A stretch of 64,000 nucleotides of DNA from Promethearchaeota archaeon (GTDB lineage Archaea; Asgardarchaeota; Lokiarchaeia; Sigyniarchaeales; SOKP01), in the NCBI GenBank assembly GCA_011364975.1, contig RDOE01000001.1:48707-112706 (forward strand). The letters run 5' to 3'. A model generated the notes under the pieces. It had not been told where the DNA came from. It did no database searches and saw only the letters and a program-made list of their open reading frames with translations. The translations under genes and the position numbers were made by a program. Positions 49,311 through 59,299 of the stretch are shown piece by piece. How positions within the stretch are numbered: the first letter of the stretch is position 1; the number at the start of each line of letters is the position of its first letter.

Positions 49311-49383
49311 TAGCCCGGCACGGATTCGAACCGTGGTCTCGGGGTTCAAGGCCCCAAATGCTTGGCCGCTACACCACCGGGCT
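49311..49383 (-). tRNA. tRNA-Gln(UUG), no encoded CCA, no intron
   Basis: Cloverleaf AGCCCGG TG GTGT AGCGGCCAA GCAT T TGGGG CCTTGAA CCCCG AGAC CACGG TTCGAAT CCGTG CCGGGCT A. A1-U72 is the archaeal tRNA-Gln hallmark. Confidence 0.92.
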
Positions 49384-49416
49384 ATGTTTTGTTTTAATAA
49401 ATAATAAAGAGCAAAA

Positions 49417-50040
49417 TTATAAATTATATGGTTTTAGATCTTGTTTAAAAAATTCTTCATCTAATAAATTTCTTATGGTTTTAAGGAATTTTAATTCTTC
49501 TTCTTCTTTCCTAAACTCATCAGGTAACATCTGTGGGATAGTCTCAATAATCGGGAACCATCTTTTACATTTTGGACAAAATAGGACTCCACTTTCAATC
49601 TCAATATTTACTTTTATTTTATTTAAAAAAAATAATTCAGGAATAATCTCACTTATTTGAACCGGATTTAAATTATTTAAAAAGTTTTGAATAGCTTTTT
49701 TAATTTCGTTCTGAATCATAGTCATACAGTCTTTGCTAAGTTCATTTGAGCTTCTATCATAAATATAATCAAACTCATCTATGGATTTTAATATTAAACG
49801 TAAATAATTCTCAATTTTATTTGCTTCAATAATTACATCATCTTTGATCAAAGTATCATGTTCTTTTTTTTCAATTCTGATTACGTTTTCTTGGGTTATT
49901 TTAGAAATATCTCGTTGTTTAAAAATGTCAATATACAAATTAAACTCATCAAGACTATTTTCATAGGAAAAGATGTAGAGTTTTAGAGGATAATGTTTAT
50001 CGATAGGACACGCAAGGATGTCATATAACCAAAATTTCAT
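49417..50040 (-). CDS. Trm112-family methyltransferase activator with large internal insertion
   Basis: MKFWLYDILACPIDKHYPL ... IESGVLFCPKCKRWFPIIETIPQML. Confidence 0.88.
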   Translation of the reverse strand: MKFWLYDILACPIDKHYPLKLYIFSYENSLDEFNLYIDIFKQRDISKITQENVIRIEKKEHDTLIKDDVIIEANKIENYLRLILKSIDEFDYIYDRSSNELSKDCMTMIQNEIKKAIQNFLNNLNPVQISEIIPELFFLNKIKVNIEIESGVLFCPKCKRWFPIIETIPQMLPDEFRKEEEELKFLKTIRNLLDEEFFKQDLKPYNL

Positions 50041-50068
50041 TGATACTCATCATATAAAAATAAAGTAA

Positions 50069-51949
50069 TTATAATAAATAACTTCTTAATTGCTGTATAT
50101 ATCTATCAATAGTTCTATCGATCTTTTTCCTTCTATTTAAAAAATCATTTGCTAATTTTTCGTAAGCTGCTTTTGAGGGTAATCTTCCTCTTTTATATCT
50201 GCTTTCTAAAAGATTAAGACTGTCGTCTACGCTCACTCTTTCAGCATCTAATACATCAAGTTTCTTGATGATATTATTAAAGGTTTCGTTGGTTTCAGCT
50301 AAAATTTTCTTAAATGGTAATATTTCCTCTTTAATTTGTTCAAGTTTGGTAGAATTTTTCGTTAAGATATTTTTATAGGTCTTTTTTGCTAATTTCTTTC
50401 TTTTTGTTTCTTCTTCCGCTTTTCTAATTTCTAAAGTCAATGCATTTTTTTCTTCATATAGAGAACAAAACTCTCGAATTTCACTAATCGGTAAGAATTC
50501 CTTCTTAAATGTCAGAATCTCTTCTTCAGATTTCCTACTTTTTGTAATTAGAATGTATAAAGATAATAATACCGCAACAGCTAGCATAATTAATAATGGT
50601 CGAAGTAATAAATCAAATAGATCGATAGTATATGTAACTAGGAAAAATTCATCTTCAATTGGACTTACATAATCGGAATAGAACATTAAGATTTTTGAGC
50701 TTCCTGATTGTTTTATCGCATTTGGAGGTGTAGAAAGATACTCTATTGACCCACATCCTTCAATAATGAGATTAATTGTTTGCTTTTTTCCCAAATATTC
50801 AAATTGGCTTGTAATTAAATTAATCTTTAAAGATTGTTGTATCCAATTCGCCGTAAAATATTCCTCAAATGGTAAATCATATGCTAAACTGAGCTTTACT
50901 TTAGAGGAAGGTGTTAAGAAAGCGCGATTTTGTACTAAATTTATTTCTAGTTTCTTTCTATTATTATCTATTGTGTTTCCAATTGTAATAGTTAATTCTC
51001 CCAGATCATCAAATACCTCAACATTTTTTGCATTATTTGGAATATTGACCGAAACAGTACGTTGATTGAAATAACCATGGTTCTGAATAAGATAATCTTC
51101 TTTTACACTGATCATTCCCCAAGGAGAGATACGAATTTCACGATTTATTTCTTCAACGTGAATTTCTGCAAACTTCAGAACTGTATCCTGAAAAAGTATA
51201 GTGATGAATTCTTTTCCGTTACGAGCATCAATAGCATCTTCAAGATTTGCAAGAAATGGTTCTAAATAATCGTATTTAATGCTTTTGCTCAAATCCCATC
51301 TATAGGTTTTCGTGTCATCTTCATTTCCTGTTGAGCCAACCCGTTCAAAGTATAATCGTTCAGCAGTACTAGGAATTTTATAACTCGTATAAATATATCC
51401 CTCAGCTCGATAAGGCAATATCGGCCAAACCGTAAACGTAAAATTCTGATGAACCTGTAAATCGGGTTCATAGAATAAATTATATGTGAAGAGGTTTTTG
51501 AACGATTGAAAGAAATATATTGTTGTAGATTGATAAGGTAAAATAGGGTTGTCAAAATATATGATAAGCATTTCAAATTTCTTCATAATTATATTCAATC
51601 GATCAATAGCTAACGAATTTTTATTCTCCCCAAAAGCCTGGTAGTAAATTAAATCATTAGAATGTCTTAAGGGTATACCTATAAAAATAGAATCTATAGG
51701 ATTTTCATTATTATTTTGAATGGTTATTTTATCTTTGATATTTACCATCCCATAACCGCTCACATTTCCAGTTCTTACTAACTCTGTGACCAAGATATTT
51801 TCTGCTCCTTCTAAACTTCCTGCTATTTTCGGAGTTTCAATTTCTTGTTGATTATATAATGGAAATTGGGAATTAGTATTAATACTTGAGATTATAATAA
51901 CAAGAAACAATAACCCACTTAAGAGAAATATATAATTCTTTTTCATCAT
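50069..51949 (-). CDS. Ribophorin I (OST1/RPN1)-like protein
   Basis: Signal anchor, duplicated luminal domain (REIRISPWGMISVKE, VFDDLG), TM starting LLRPLLI, cytosolic coiled-coil tail. Confidence 0.85.
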   Translation of the reverse strand: MMKKNYIFLLSGLLFLVIIISSINTNSQFPLYNQQEIETPKIAGSLEGAENILVTELVRTGNVSGYGMVNIKDKITIQNNNENPIDSIFIGIPLRHSNDLIYYQAFGENKNSLAIDRLNIIMKKFEMLIIYFDNPILPYQSTTIYFFQSFKNLFTYNLFYEPDLQVHQNFTFTVWPILPYRAEGYIYTSYKIPSTAERLYFERVGSTGNEDDTKTYRWDLSKSIKYDYLEPFLANLEDAIDARNGKEFITILFQDTVLKFAEIHVEEINREIRISPWGMISVKEDYLIQNHGYFNQRTVSVNIPNNAKNVEVFDDLGELTITIGNTIDNNRKKLEINLVQNRAFLTPSSKVKLSLAYDLPFEEYFTANWIQQSLKINLITSQFEYLGKKQTINLIIEGCGSIEYLSTPPNAIKQSGSSKILMFYSDYVSPIEDEFFLVTYTIDLFDLLLRPLLIMLAVAVLLSLYILITKSRKSEEEILTFKKEFLPISEIREFCSLYEEKNALTLEIRKAEEETKRKKLAKKTYKNILTKNSTKLEQIKEEILPFKKILAETNETFNNIIKKLDVLDAERVSVDDSLNLLESRYKRGRLPSKAAYEKLANDFLNRRKKIDRTIDRYIQQLRSYLL

Positions 51950-52104
51950 TATTCGACAACCATCACATTCTCAAATTAACTTAAGATAATTAAAACAATT
52001 AATAAAAATTTATCATATTTTTTTCATTATTTCAAGATAAACCTTAATATTTTTGTTGTGTTAATGTTATTTAATAAAAAAATATATACAAAATTATTTT
52101 TACA

Positions 52105-52311
52105 ATGTCAACCCGAAGGAGTCAATCACGAAGGAAAAAAAGAAGAACTGGTAATGCGCCAATGCCGATGGGGGGAGCAGGTTTAATGAGATTTTTTGAA
52201 GATAGCTCAATTGGTATTAAAGTTGGACCTATTACAGCAATTTTACTATCTGTAGGGTTAATTTTGATTGTAATATTCTCTTGGTTAGGTATCTTTGATT
52301 GGATTTTTTAG
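52105..52311 (+). CDS. Preprotein translocase subunit Sec61beta
   Basis: Basic N-terminus, GAGLMRFFED..IKVGP, single C-terminal TM. Confidence 0.93.
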   Translation: MSTRRSQSRRKKRRTGNAPMPMGGAGLMRFFEDSSIGIKVGPITAILLSVGLILIVIFSWLGIFDWIF

Positions 52312-52359
52312 AGATTATTAATTTTTCTTATATTTCCTTCTATTAAACCTCTTATAATC

Positions 52360-52653
52360 ATGAAGGTATCTGAATTTCAAAAATTAATCAAAGAATTATA
52401 TTCTAAAAAGGATATTGAACGCGGACTTTATAAAACATTCATTTGGTTAATAGAGGAGGTAGGAGAATTAGCAAGTATAATAAAATCTAAAGAAATAAGA
52501 AAAGAAGAAATAAAAGACGAATTAGCAGATATTATAGCATGGACGGTTTCTATAGCAAATATCCTTGAAGTTGATATTGAGAGTGCGTTAATTGATAAAT
52601 ATCCAAATAAATGTAGGAACTGCAATTCTTCACCTTGTATTTGTGAAGAATGA
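52360..52653 (+). CDS. MazG-like nucleotide pyrophosphohydrolase
   Basis: EEVGELA, DELADIIAW, C-terminal KYP..C..C..PC.C. Confidence 0.88.
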   Translation: MKVSEFQKLIKELYSKKDIERGLYKTFIWLIEEVGELASIIKSKEIRKEEIKDELADIIAWTVSIANILEVDIESALIDKYPNKCRNCNSSPCICEE

Positions 52654-52704
52654 ATTGATTATGATTTTATTAATAATTATATAAATAAGTATTGTTAGAA
52701 GATA

Positions 52705-53463
52705 ATGGCAGAAAATTGGAAATCACGTATTCACCCAGAAGCAAAAATAAATAAGGATTCATATATAAGCCAATTAGCAATTATTGGTAAAGGTGTGACC
52801 ATCGAAAAAGATGTTTACATCTCAAGCGGAGTTAAAATTTATGGTGAAACGTTAATAAAAGAAGGGACTTATATTGGAGAAGATTGCATTATTGGACACC
52901 CTCAAAGGGCTCAATTAAAAGAGATAATTATTCATAGAGAAGATATAGTTCATTCTATGGGGCCATTAACTACTATTGGTATAAATTGCACAATTAGAGC
53001 TGGAAGTATTATTTATACTGAAGTAATTTTGGGGAATAATTGTCAAACTGGGCATCATGTTATGATTAGAGAAAAAAGTACTATTGGTAATAACACACTA
53101 ATTGGTACTAAAACTGTTATTGATGGGAATGTAATCATTGGAGATTATGTAAATATTCAAACCGGTGTGTATATTCCATTATTTTGCAGAATTGGAAATC
53201 ATGTATTTATGGGTCCATATAGTAAACTTACAAACGATAAATATATGTTGCGTAAAAAATATGATTTAAAAGGAGCAATCGTAGAAGATTATGTCTCATT
53301 AGGAGCGAATTCTGTAATATTACCGGGAATTAATTTAAAAAGAGGAACAATTGTAGGAGCTGGGAGCGTTGTTACTAAAGACACTGATGAAAAAGATATT
53401 GTAATAGGAAATCCTGCAAAAGTGTTAAAAAAGATACCCGCGGATTGGAATTCATCTTATTGA
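52705..53463 (+). CDS. Hexapeptide-repeat (left-handed beta-helix) sugar N-acyltransferase
   Basis: Many xIGxxx repeats, VFMGP..TND, GAGSVVTKD, GNPAK. Confidence 0.88.
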   Translation: MAENWKSRIHPEAKINKDSYISQLAIIGKGVTIEKDVYISSGVKIYGETLIKEGTYIGEDCIIGHPQRAQLKEIIIHREDIVHSMGPLTTIGINCTIRAGSIIYTEVILGNNCQTGHHVMIREKSTIGNNTLIGTKTVIDGNVIIGDYVNIQTGVYIPLFCRIGNHVFMGPYSKLTNDKYMLRKKYDLKGAIVEDYVSLGANSVILPGINLKRGTIVGAGSVVTKDTDEKDIVIGNPAKVLKKIPADWNSSY

Positions 53464-53502
53464 TGGAATTATGCGATTTTTTAAACTAATACTGGATGCA
53501 TT

Positions 53503-54606
53503 ATGAAGGATTCAAATAAAAAAATATGGATCGATATTGAAGAACCAAAAACGGGAATTATGTTTAATTCCCTTATTAATAAATTTCAGAATGAAAATAT
53601 AGAGTTATTGATAACAGCAAGAGATTATGATTCAACCTATCAGATTTTAGATGATTTATCCATAGATTATGTTAAAGTTGGAAGTCATGGGGGGGAAAAA
53701 TTGGAAAATAAGTTAGCTACTTATATAAAGCGGCTAAATGAGTTATTTCCTCTTGTCATAGAATTTAATCCGGACTATTTTGTAACCTTTTCATCTGTAG
53801 AAGGCCCAAGAATCTCATTTGGTCTAAATATACCCTCAATTGGATATAATGATGAACCCCGTAATATTCCTGTGTGTAAACTGATATTTCCTTTCTTAGA
53901 TAAAATAATTACGCCCGATTGTGTTCCAGAAGAGTGGTATATCCGGCTTTATGCAAATCCAGAAAAGTTAATAAGATATCATGGAATAGACGAGATTGCA
54001 TGGCTTTCACATTATATCCCTAACCCAAATGTTCTTGATATTTATGATCTTGATAAAGGTAAATATGTTATTATGAGAAGTGAACCTTCATTTGCTAGTT
54101 ATTTTATTGATGAATTAGAACCCCAAAAAACCCTTTTAAGTGAGATATTTCCACCAATATTTAAAAAATTCCCAAATTATAAATATTTCCTAATAGTTCG
54201 CACAATAGAACAAGAAACTTACTTAAAGGGAAAATTAAAGGATTTTAGTAAGGAAAAAAATTTAGTAATAACACGTTATATGCCCAATATGGTAGATTTG
54301 TGTTTCTATGGTGCACTTATTATTAGTGGTGGAGGAACAATAGTTAGAGAATCGAGTCTATTAAATGTTCCAAGTATAGAATTTTTCCCGGGCGAAACTG
54401 CACCTCAAGAGCATTTTCTTATGAAAAATGGTTTTCCATTAATTCACATTAAAAATTACAGGGATGTGATTACAAAAGCGATAGAATTTTTGACAGAATC
54501 ACCAAGAAAGAATATTTCATTCGAACAGATTAAGAAAAGAATTTTACAATTCGAAGATCCCAACGATATTTGTTTTAATATCGTGAAAAAGGCTCTCAAT
54601 TGCTAA
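53503..54606 (+). CDS. DUF354-family GT-B-fold protein
   Basis: IWIDI, ITARDY, VGSHGG, YHGIDE.AW, GGGT..RE..LL.VP. Confidence 0.85.
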   Translation: MKDSNKKIWIDIEEPKTGIMFNSLINKFQNENIELLITARDYDSTYQILDDLSIDYVKVGSHGGEKLENKLATYIKRLNELFPLVIEFNPDYFVTFSSVEGPRISFGLNIPSIGYNDEPRNIPVCKLIFPFLDKIITPDCVPEEWYIRLYANPEKLIRYHGIDEIAWLSHYIPNPNVLDIYDLDKGKYVIMRSEPSFASYFIDELEPQKTLLSEIFPPIFKKFPNYKYFLIVRTIEQETYLKGKLKDFSKEKNLVITRYMPNMVDLCFYGALIISGGGTIVRESSLLNVPSIEFFPGETAPQEHFLMKNGFPLIHIKNYRDVITKAIEFLTESPRKNISFEQIKKRILQFEDPNDICFNIVKKALNC

Positions 54607-54607
54607 G

Positions 54608-55717
54608 TTATTCTAATAAGTACTTATTATATAAATCCACTAATTCACTCCCTGAAGTAGACCAATTATATTTATTCAATAAGCTTTGTGCATTTTTTAT
54701 TAAGTTTACACTTAGAGTATCATTCTTTATTAAACTCTGTATTTTCTTTGAAAGTAATTCTGGATTTTTTACTGGTACAAATATAACTTTATCTTGTAAT
54801 ACCTCTCTAAAAACTTTCAAATCTGAACATATAACTGGTGTTCCACAAGCTATAGCTTCTAATGGTGTAAGACCAAATCCCTCCGATGAGGAGGAGTAGG
54901 TTATAAAAATATCTGCCATTGAATAATAAATCGGAAGCTCATTTTCTTCAATATATCCCATGAAAAATACATCTTGATATCTCTTCTTCCATTCTTCATA
55001 TTTTTCCTTCATAAGGAAGTCAGGAGTTCCCCCAATCACTAGATTTAAGTTCGGGATTACTTCTTTGGTAATTTTGTAAGCACTTATAATATGTTCTATT
55101 CCTTTATAGGGTGCTATACGCCCGATATATAATATAATAGGCCCGGTAATTTCCAATTTTTCTTTCAATCTTTTTGCTTCTTCAGGATAAGGTCGAAATT
55201 TAGCGTCTATCCCATTATATATCGTTATAATTCTTTCTTTATCGACTTTAGGAAGAAAACTATCAAACTTATCTTTAACGAAGTTTGAAACTGTAATTAG
55301 GTAGGTTGCTTTTTTTGAAACGAATTTAGTAAGTATTTTTTCAAATGGAATTGCTGTAAGTTTAGTTTCAAATGGTGTGAAATCATGAATAGTACATATA
55401 AATCTCCTCTTATTAGCGAGAATAATTGGTAATGCTGCTTTAACACTATTAGCATGAATAATATCAAATTTGGAATTTTTAAGATATTTTGTAACCTTAT
55501 AATTGAATTGAAAAATCCATAAAAATCGTCTACGTGTTAAGTTAAGTTGAATAATATCGGGATTATTCAGATTAACATTCCACATCCCTGTTATTAGTTT
55601 TACACTATGTCCTTGATTCTTCAAATACTCAAAAAGGGCTCTAATTACTTTAGCTTCACCATCTGCTGTATCAGGAGAAACTGTTAAAGAAACCAAGCAA
55701 ATTTTCAATTTATTCAT
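54608..55717 (-). CDS. Glycosyltransferase family 4
   Basis: TIHD, IYNGID, GRIAPYKG, EGFGLTPLEAIACGTPVI. Confidence 0.92.
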   Translation of the reverse strand: MNKLKICLVSLTVSPDTADGEAKVIRALFEYLKNQGHSVKLITGMWNVNLNNPDIIQLNLTRRRFLWIFQFNYKVTKYLKNSKFDIIHANSVKAALPIILANKRRFICTIHDFTPFETKLTAIPFEKILTKFVSKKATYLITVSNFVKDKFDSFLPKVDKERIITIYNGIDAKFRPYPEEAKRLKEKLEITGPIILYIGRIAPYKGIEHIISAYKITKEVIPNLNLVIGGTPDFLMKEKYEEWKKRYQDVFFMGYIEENELPIYYSMADIFITYSSSSEGFGLTPLEAIACGTPVICSDLKVFREVLQDKVIFVPVKNPELLSKKIQSLIKNDTLSVNLIKNAQSLLNKYNWSTSGSELVDLYNKYLLE

Positions 55718-55754
55718 AGGGAATTTAAGTTAAAATAGTAATTTAAAGTATTAT

Positions 55755-56726
55755 TTAAGTCAATTGTAAATACCCATCTTCAGTAATTAAAATGGTTTCT
55801 TCAGTTTGAGCAACAAAAATTCCCTTTTGTTCAGATAAAACATAATGTACCTGTAATTTTCCTTGTTGAATTAATTCTTGAAGACCAAATGAAATTCCCA
55901 TTCTAAATTCTTTTGCTAACCATCTTTCAGCGAAGGGTAAGGTTTGGTAATTTTTATTAATATAACCTAATATTTGCTTAGAAGCTTTTCTACGTAAAGG
56001 TACTCTCCCCGCATATGGATTCAATTCATAAATATAGGAGTACTTTGTATTATGAACCATACCATCTCCAGTAGAGGCAAATATTTCTACAGCATAAATT
56101 TCTCCTTCTTCCATAATGTCACCACCTTGCGTTCCTAACTCGGGTAACTGCTTTTTCCCATGAACAGTCCATCTCTCAATCTGATGTCCCCCTAACTGCT
56201 TAACTGGATTAAATTTGAAACCCTTTACAATACTTTCTATTTTTTTTCCAATTTCTCTTGTGTGAACTTTTGGTTTCGCCATCATTTTAGCAGCATCTAC
56301 AGCAACTTCTGTTGCTTGAATAATGTTTTCAAGTGATTTTTCCTCATTAAAAGAAACCGAAAATGCCGTATCTACTATATAACCATCAATATGAACACCT
56401 AAATCAATTTTAACTATATCTCCACTATTAATAACGAGTCCATCATCCTTAATTGGGGAAGTATAATGAGCTGCGGTATTATTGATACTCACATTAACAG
56501 GGAATGCACAACTCCCTCCAAGTTCCACTATTTTTGACTCTGCTTTTTCCACTAGAGCATATACGCTTAATCCTTCTTTTACAAGCGGTTTTATAAACTT
56601 TTTCACGTTCTGAGCAATGTTACCTGCTTTTTTTAAAGATTCGATTTTATATTCTTTATCTTCTTCTTTCTCTTCCTCAGAAACTTTATTTTCAGATTGA
56701 TTTTTCAAGTTTTTATTCTCATTCAT
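55755..56726 (-). CDS. map: Methionine aminopeptidase type II
   Basis: AFPVN.S.N..AAHYT, KIDLGVHIDGYIVDTA, GGH, AVEIFASTG, TLPFAERW; ATG 56726 preferred. Confidence 0.95.
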   Translation of the reverse strand: MNENKNLKNQSENKVSEEEKEEDKEYKIESLKKAGNIAQNVKKFIKPLVKEGLSVYALVEKAESKIVELGGSCAFPVNVSINNTAAHYTSPIKDDGLVINSGDIVKIDLGVHIDGYIVDTAFSVSFNEEKSLENIIQATEVAVDAAKMMAKPKVHTREIGKKIESIVKGFKFNPVKQLGGHQIERWTVHGKKQLPELGTQGGDIMEEGEIYAVEIFASTGDGMVHNTKYSYIYELNPYAGRVPLRRKASKQILGYINKNYQTLPFAERWLAKEFRMGISFGLQELIQQGKLQVHYVLSEQKGIFVAQTEETILITEDGYLQLT

Positions 56727-56951
56727 TGGTATATCAAAATGTAAAAGTTGATAAAAATATTTTTTAAATAAGTAAAATATCAAAGGTAATATAATTAAAA
56801 ATAAATAAGGTAAACATTAATAATTAAATAAAGTTAATTTTAATAGATCATATAACTAATTAATATATTACTCATAAAACTTGATTCATAATTAAGAATA
56901 GTATTATTTGAGTTAATAACCCCATATTTTAAAATAAGGAGGCAATAATAT

Positions 56952-57323
56952 TTGTCTGAAAATATCAGTGAATTAACCGATTTGCTAAGAAAATTATCTG
57001 CTGTTAATAGTGATATAGAAGGTTCTGCTATTGTAAGCGTTCAAGGGTTACCCATTTGTTCTGTTTTAAGTAGAAATGTAAACGACGGGATAGTGAGTGC
57101 TATGTCTGCGGCTATTCAAAGTGTATCAGAACGGGCTGTAGAAGAGCTCGATCGTGGTGAATTAAAACGTATCCTTATCGAAGGCGTAAACGGGATTATT
57201 ATCCTTTCTAAGGCAGGTGAAAATGCAATTTTATGTACTTTATGTAATGCAAACGCTAGTTTAGGAATGGTTTTTCTTAATATTCAAAGCGTCTCGAATA
57301 GAATCGCTTCACTCTTAGACTAA
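56952..57323 (+). CDS. Roadblock/LC7 (MglB-like) protein
   Basis: SAIVSVQGLPI, VSAMSAA, ELDRGEL..I.IEG..G, LGMVF; TTG start after a GGAGG SD motif. Confidence 0.92.
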   Translation: MSENISELTDLLRKLSAVNSDIEGSAIVSVQGLPICSVLSRNVNDGIVSAMSAAIQSVSERAVEELDRGELKRILIEGVNGIIILSKAGENAILCTLCNANASLGMVFLNIQSVSNRIASLLD

Positions 57324-57386
57324 TTAAAAGGGTTTACATAAATCCTCCTTATTAATATCAATTTAGTAAAATAAAATCACCCGATA

Positions 57387-58715
57387 ATGGCTTTAAATCA
57401 TTTAAGTGAAGAAGACTTTTATAAGAAGCTTTCAAATCATCTTAAGGCTAAAAATTTTAAGGATTTTACTAATTTAATTGAAAAATCTCCGGAATTAGAT
57501 ATTCATCTAAATCCTAGACTAATCCCAAACCGCTTTGAATATATTTCAGATTTAATATTAGATTGTTTCAAAAAAGTAGGAGAATCATATCAAACATCTG
57601 CATTAGGTGAAATTATAGATATATTAAGGTTTTGTAATCAATTCAATTTATTTGATAAAGATTTGTCTATAGAGGAAAAAACAATTATTAATAACATCTA
57701 TAACGATGTTATTTTTATTTCGAATTTATATGATGTATTTGGAAAAATAACCAATTGTTTTATCCATTATGTCAGAGTTAATCTTCCAGAAATATTATAT
57801 GGCTATCTCACTAACTTTCCATCCATATATTTTGAAAATATTGATTTGTTGGTTTATTATGTAAAAAATATTTTTTGGGATCAATATACAATTTATGGCC
57901 TTAGCGTTAAAAAGATAGGGCCTTTTAAGGGGTTTTATGATATATTTAAACGTTCTTACAATCAATCTACAACAGATTTTATTGAATTTGATATATACTA
58001 TAAATATACAAGTTTTTATTATGAATTAAATGATACTAAAGAATTTACTATAGTGAAAAGGCATTTAGTCTCCCCAAAAAATATTCTAAGTAATGCTGAT
58101 AAAATTTTAAAAGAAAATGACTATAAATTTTACAGCCTTTCAATGGTTTTGCTTGGTGGTATTGGCCCTCAGGGTCATGGATTTACTTATTCTACCCCTA
58201 AAAAAGAAGTAATTGAAATATGTTCAGACATAAGGGAAAACAATGCGATAATAATTAAGTATAAAATTTTTTTAAAAAATCAGTTTCTGAAAAAGTTGAG
58301 AAAAGAATTATCATCTTTAAAGGAAGATTTACGAGATTCAATTATTAATTATCTTGATTCAGCCCTAAATCAAAAAGAATTGATTGGATACAATAAAAAG
58401 GACAGAGTTTTAAAAATTATATCTAATCATTTAACAAATTTCACTGAAGCTTTAAAAATAAATAAACTTAACTTTGATGATTTAATCGATATTATTTCAG
58501 AAGCTTTATCAATAATCTTAAGACCTATTAATATGGTTGATCAATTTAAATGTCGAATGGATTTGATAAATGAGGGAAAATTAGATTCAGATGATATAGC
58601 TAAGCTTACTAGTTTGAAAGGAAAGTCTCATTATGATGTTTTGAAAGAACGTTTATTTTTTCAATATATTAATAATTGGTTTTATGAATTATATTTAGCA
58701 AAAAAGGTTAAATAG
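57387..58715 (+). CDS. Hypothetical protein
   Basis: 442-aa ORF with one Gly-rich motif, LLGGIGPQGHGFTYSTP. Confidence 0.75.
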   Translation: MALNHLSEEDFYKKLSNHLKAKNFKDFTNLIEKSPELDIHLNPRLIPNRFEYISDLILDCFKKVGESYQTSALGEIIDILRFCNQFNLFDKDLSIEEKTIINNIYNDVIFISNLYDVFGKITNCFIHYVRVNLPEILYGYLTNFPSIYFENIDLLVYYVKNIFWDQYTIYGLSVKKIGPFKGFYDIFKRSYNQSTTDFIEFDIYYKYTSFYYELNDTKEFTIVKRHLVSPKNILSNADKILKENDYKFYSLSMVLLGGIGPQGHGFTYSTPKKEVIEICSDIRENNAIIIKYKIFLKNQFLKKLRKELSSLKEDLRDSIINYLDSALNQKELIGYNKKDRVLKIISNHLTNFTEALKINKLNFDDLIDIISEALSIILRPINMVDQFKCRMDLINEGKLDSDDIAKLTSLKGKSHYDVLKERLFFQYINNWFYELYLAKKVK

Positions 58716-58881
58716 ATTTATCAAATTTATTCCATTTACGGGAAAGCTGCTCTATAGTTTCAAGATTGTTAAAAGATTGAGGAAGTTTTATTTGATTTTT
58801 AATAAATATGATTATTATCAATTTTAACTTCATATTATTTAAGGAGTATTTCTAATAATTAAGAAAAAAAAGTTTATTTTA

Positions 58882-59295
58882 TTATTTTTTTAACTTTACT
58901 TCAGTATTATTTGTTGGTCTTCTTTCAAAATAGAGGTTTTTCAATGAAAGAAGTGCATTTCCAATTCCGCCACCTAAGGCCCCAAATATAGCTGAAAGAA
59001 TTATAATTATCAATAATAATAACCAGCCGAAACCCTCACCGAAGATTAAAGCCCCGAATTGATCTAATATTAAATAAACGTTCCTGGATACTAGACCCGA
59101 TAAGATGTAAATCATCCATGATAAACTCACACCCAATGTTCCGCTTAGAATCGATCGTTTCATTGACTTATTTAGAAAACCTGAAATTATACCGGGGATA
59201 ATTACTAATTGCCAAATAGGAGCTAAAGTTAAGAGCATAGTTGCACACATGCCAATTAAGACACTAGAAATAAACCATTTATCTTCTATCCTCAC
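58882..59295 (-). CDS. Small Gly-rich membrane protein
   Basis: GTG at 59295 follows GGAGGT and the penicillin acylase stop; TM segments with GALGGGIG. Confidence 0.75.
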   Translation of the reverse strand: MRIEDKWFISSVLIGMCATMLLTLAPIWQLVIIPGIISGFLNKSMKRSILSGTLGVSLSWMIYILSGLVSRNVYLILDQFGALIFGEGFGWLLLLIIIILSAIFGALGGGIGNALLSLKNLYFERRPTNNTEVKLKK

Positions 59296-59299
59296 TTTA

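Noticed and set aside
49341-49355. Reading the tRNA as Ser(UGA) by shifting the loop one base
   Set aside because: The shifted stem (GGGGC/CCCGA) barely pairs, there is no long variable arm, and A1-U72 indicates Gln.
49358-49660. 100-aa plus-strand ORF
   Set aside because: Antisense to the tRNA-Gln and Trm112 genes.
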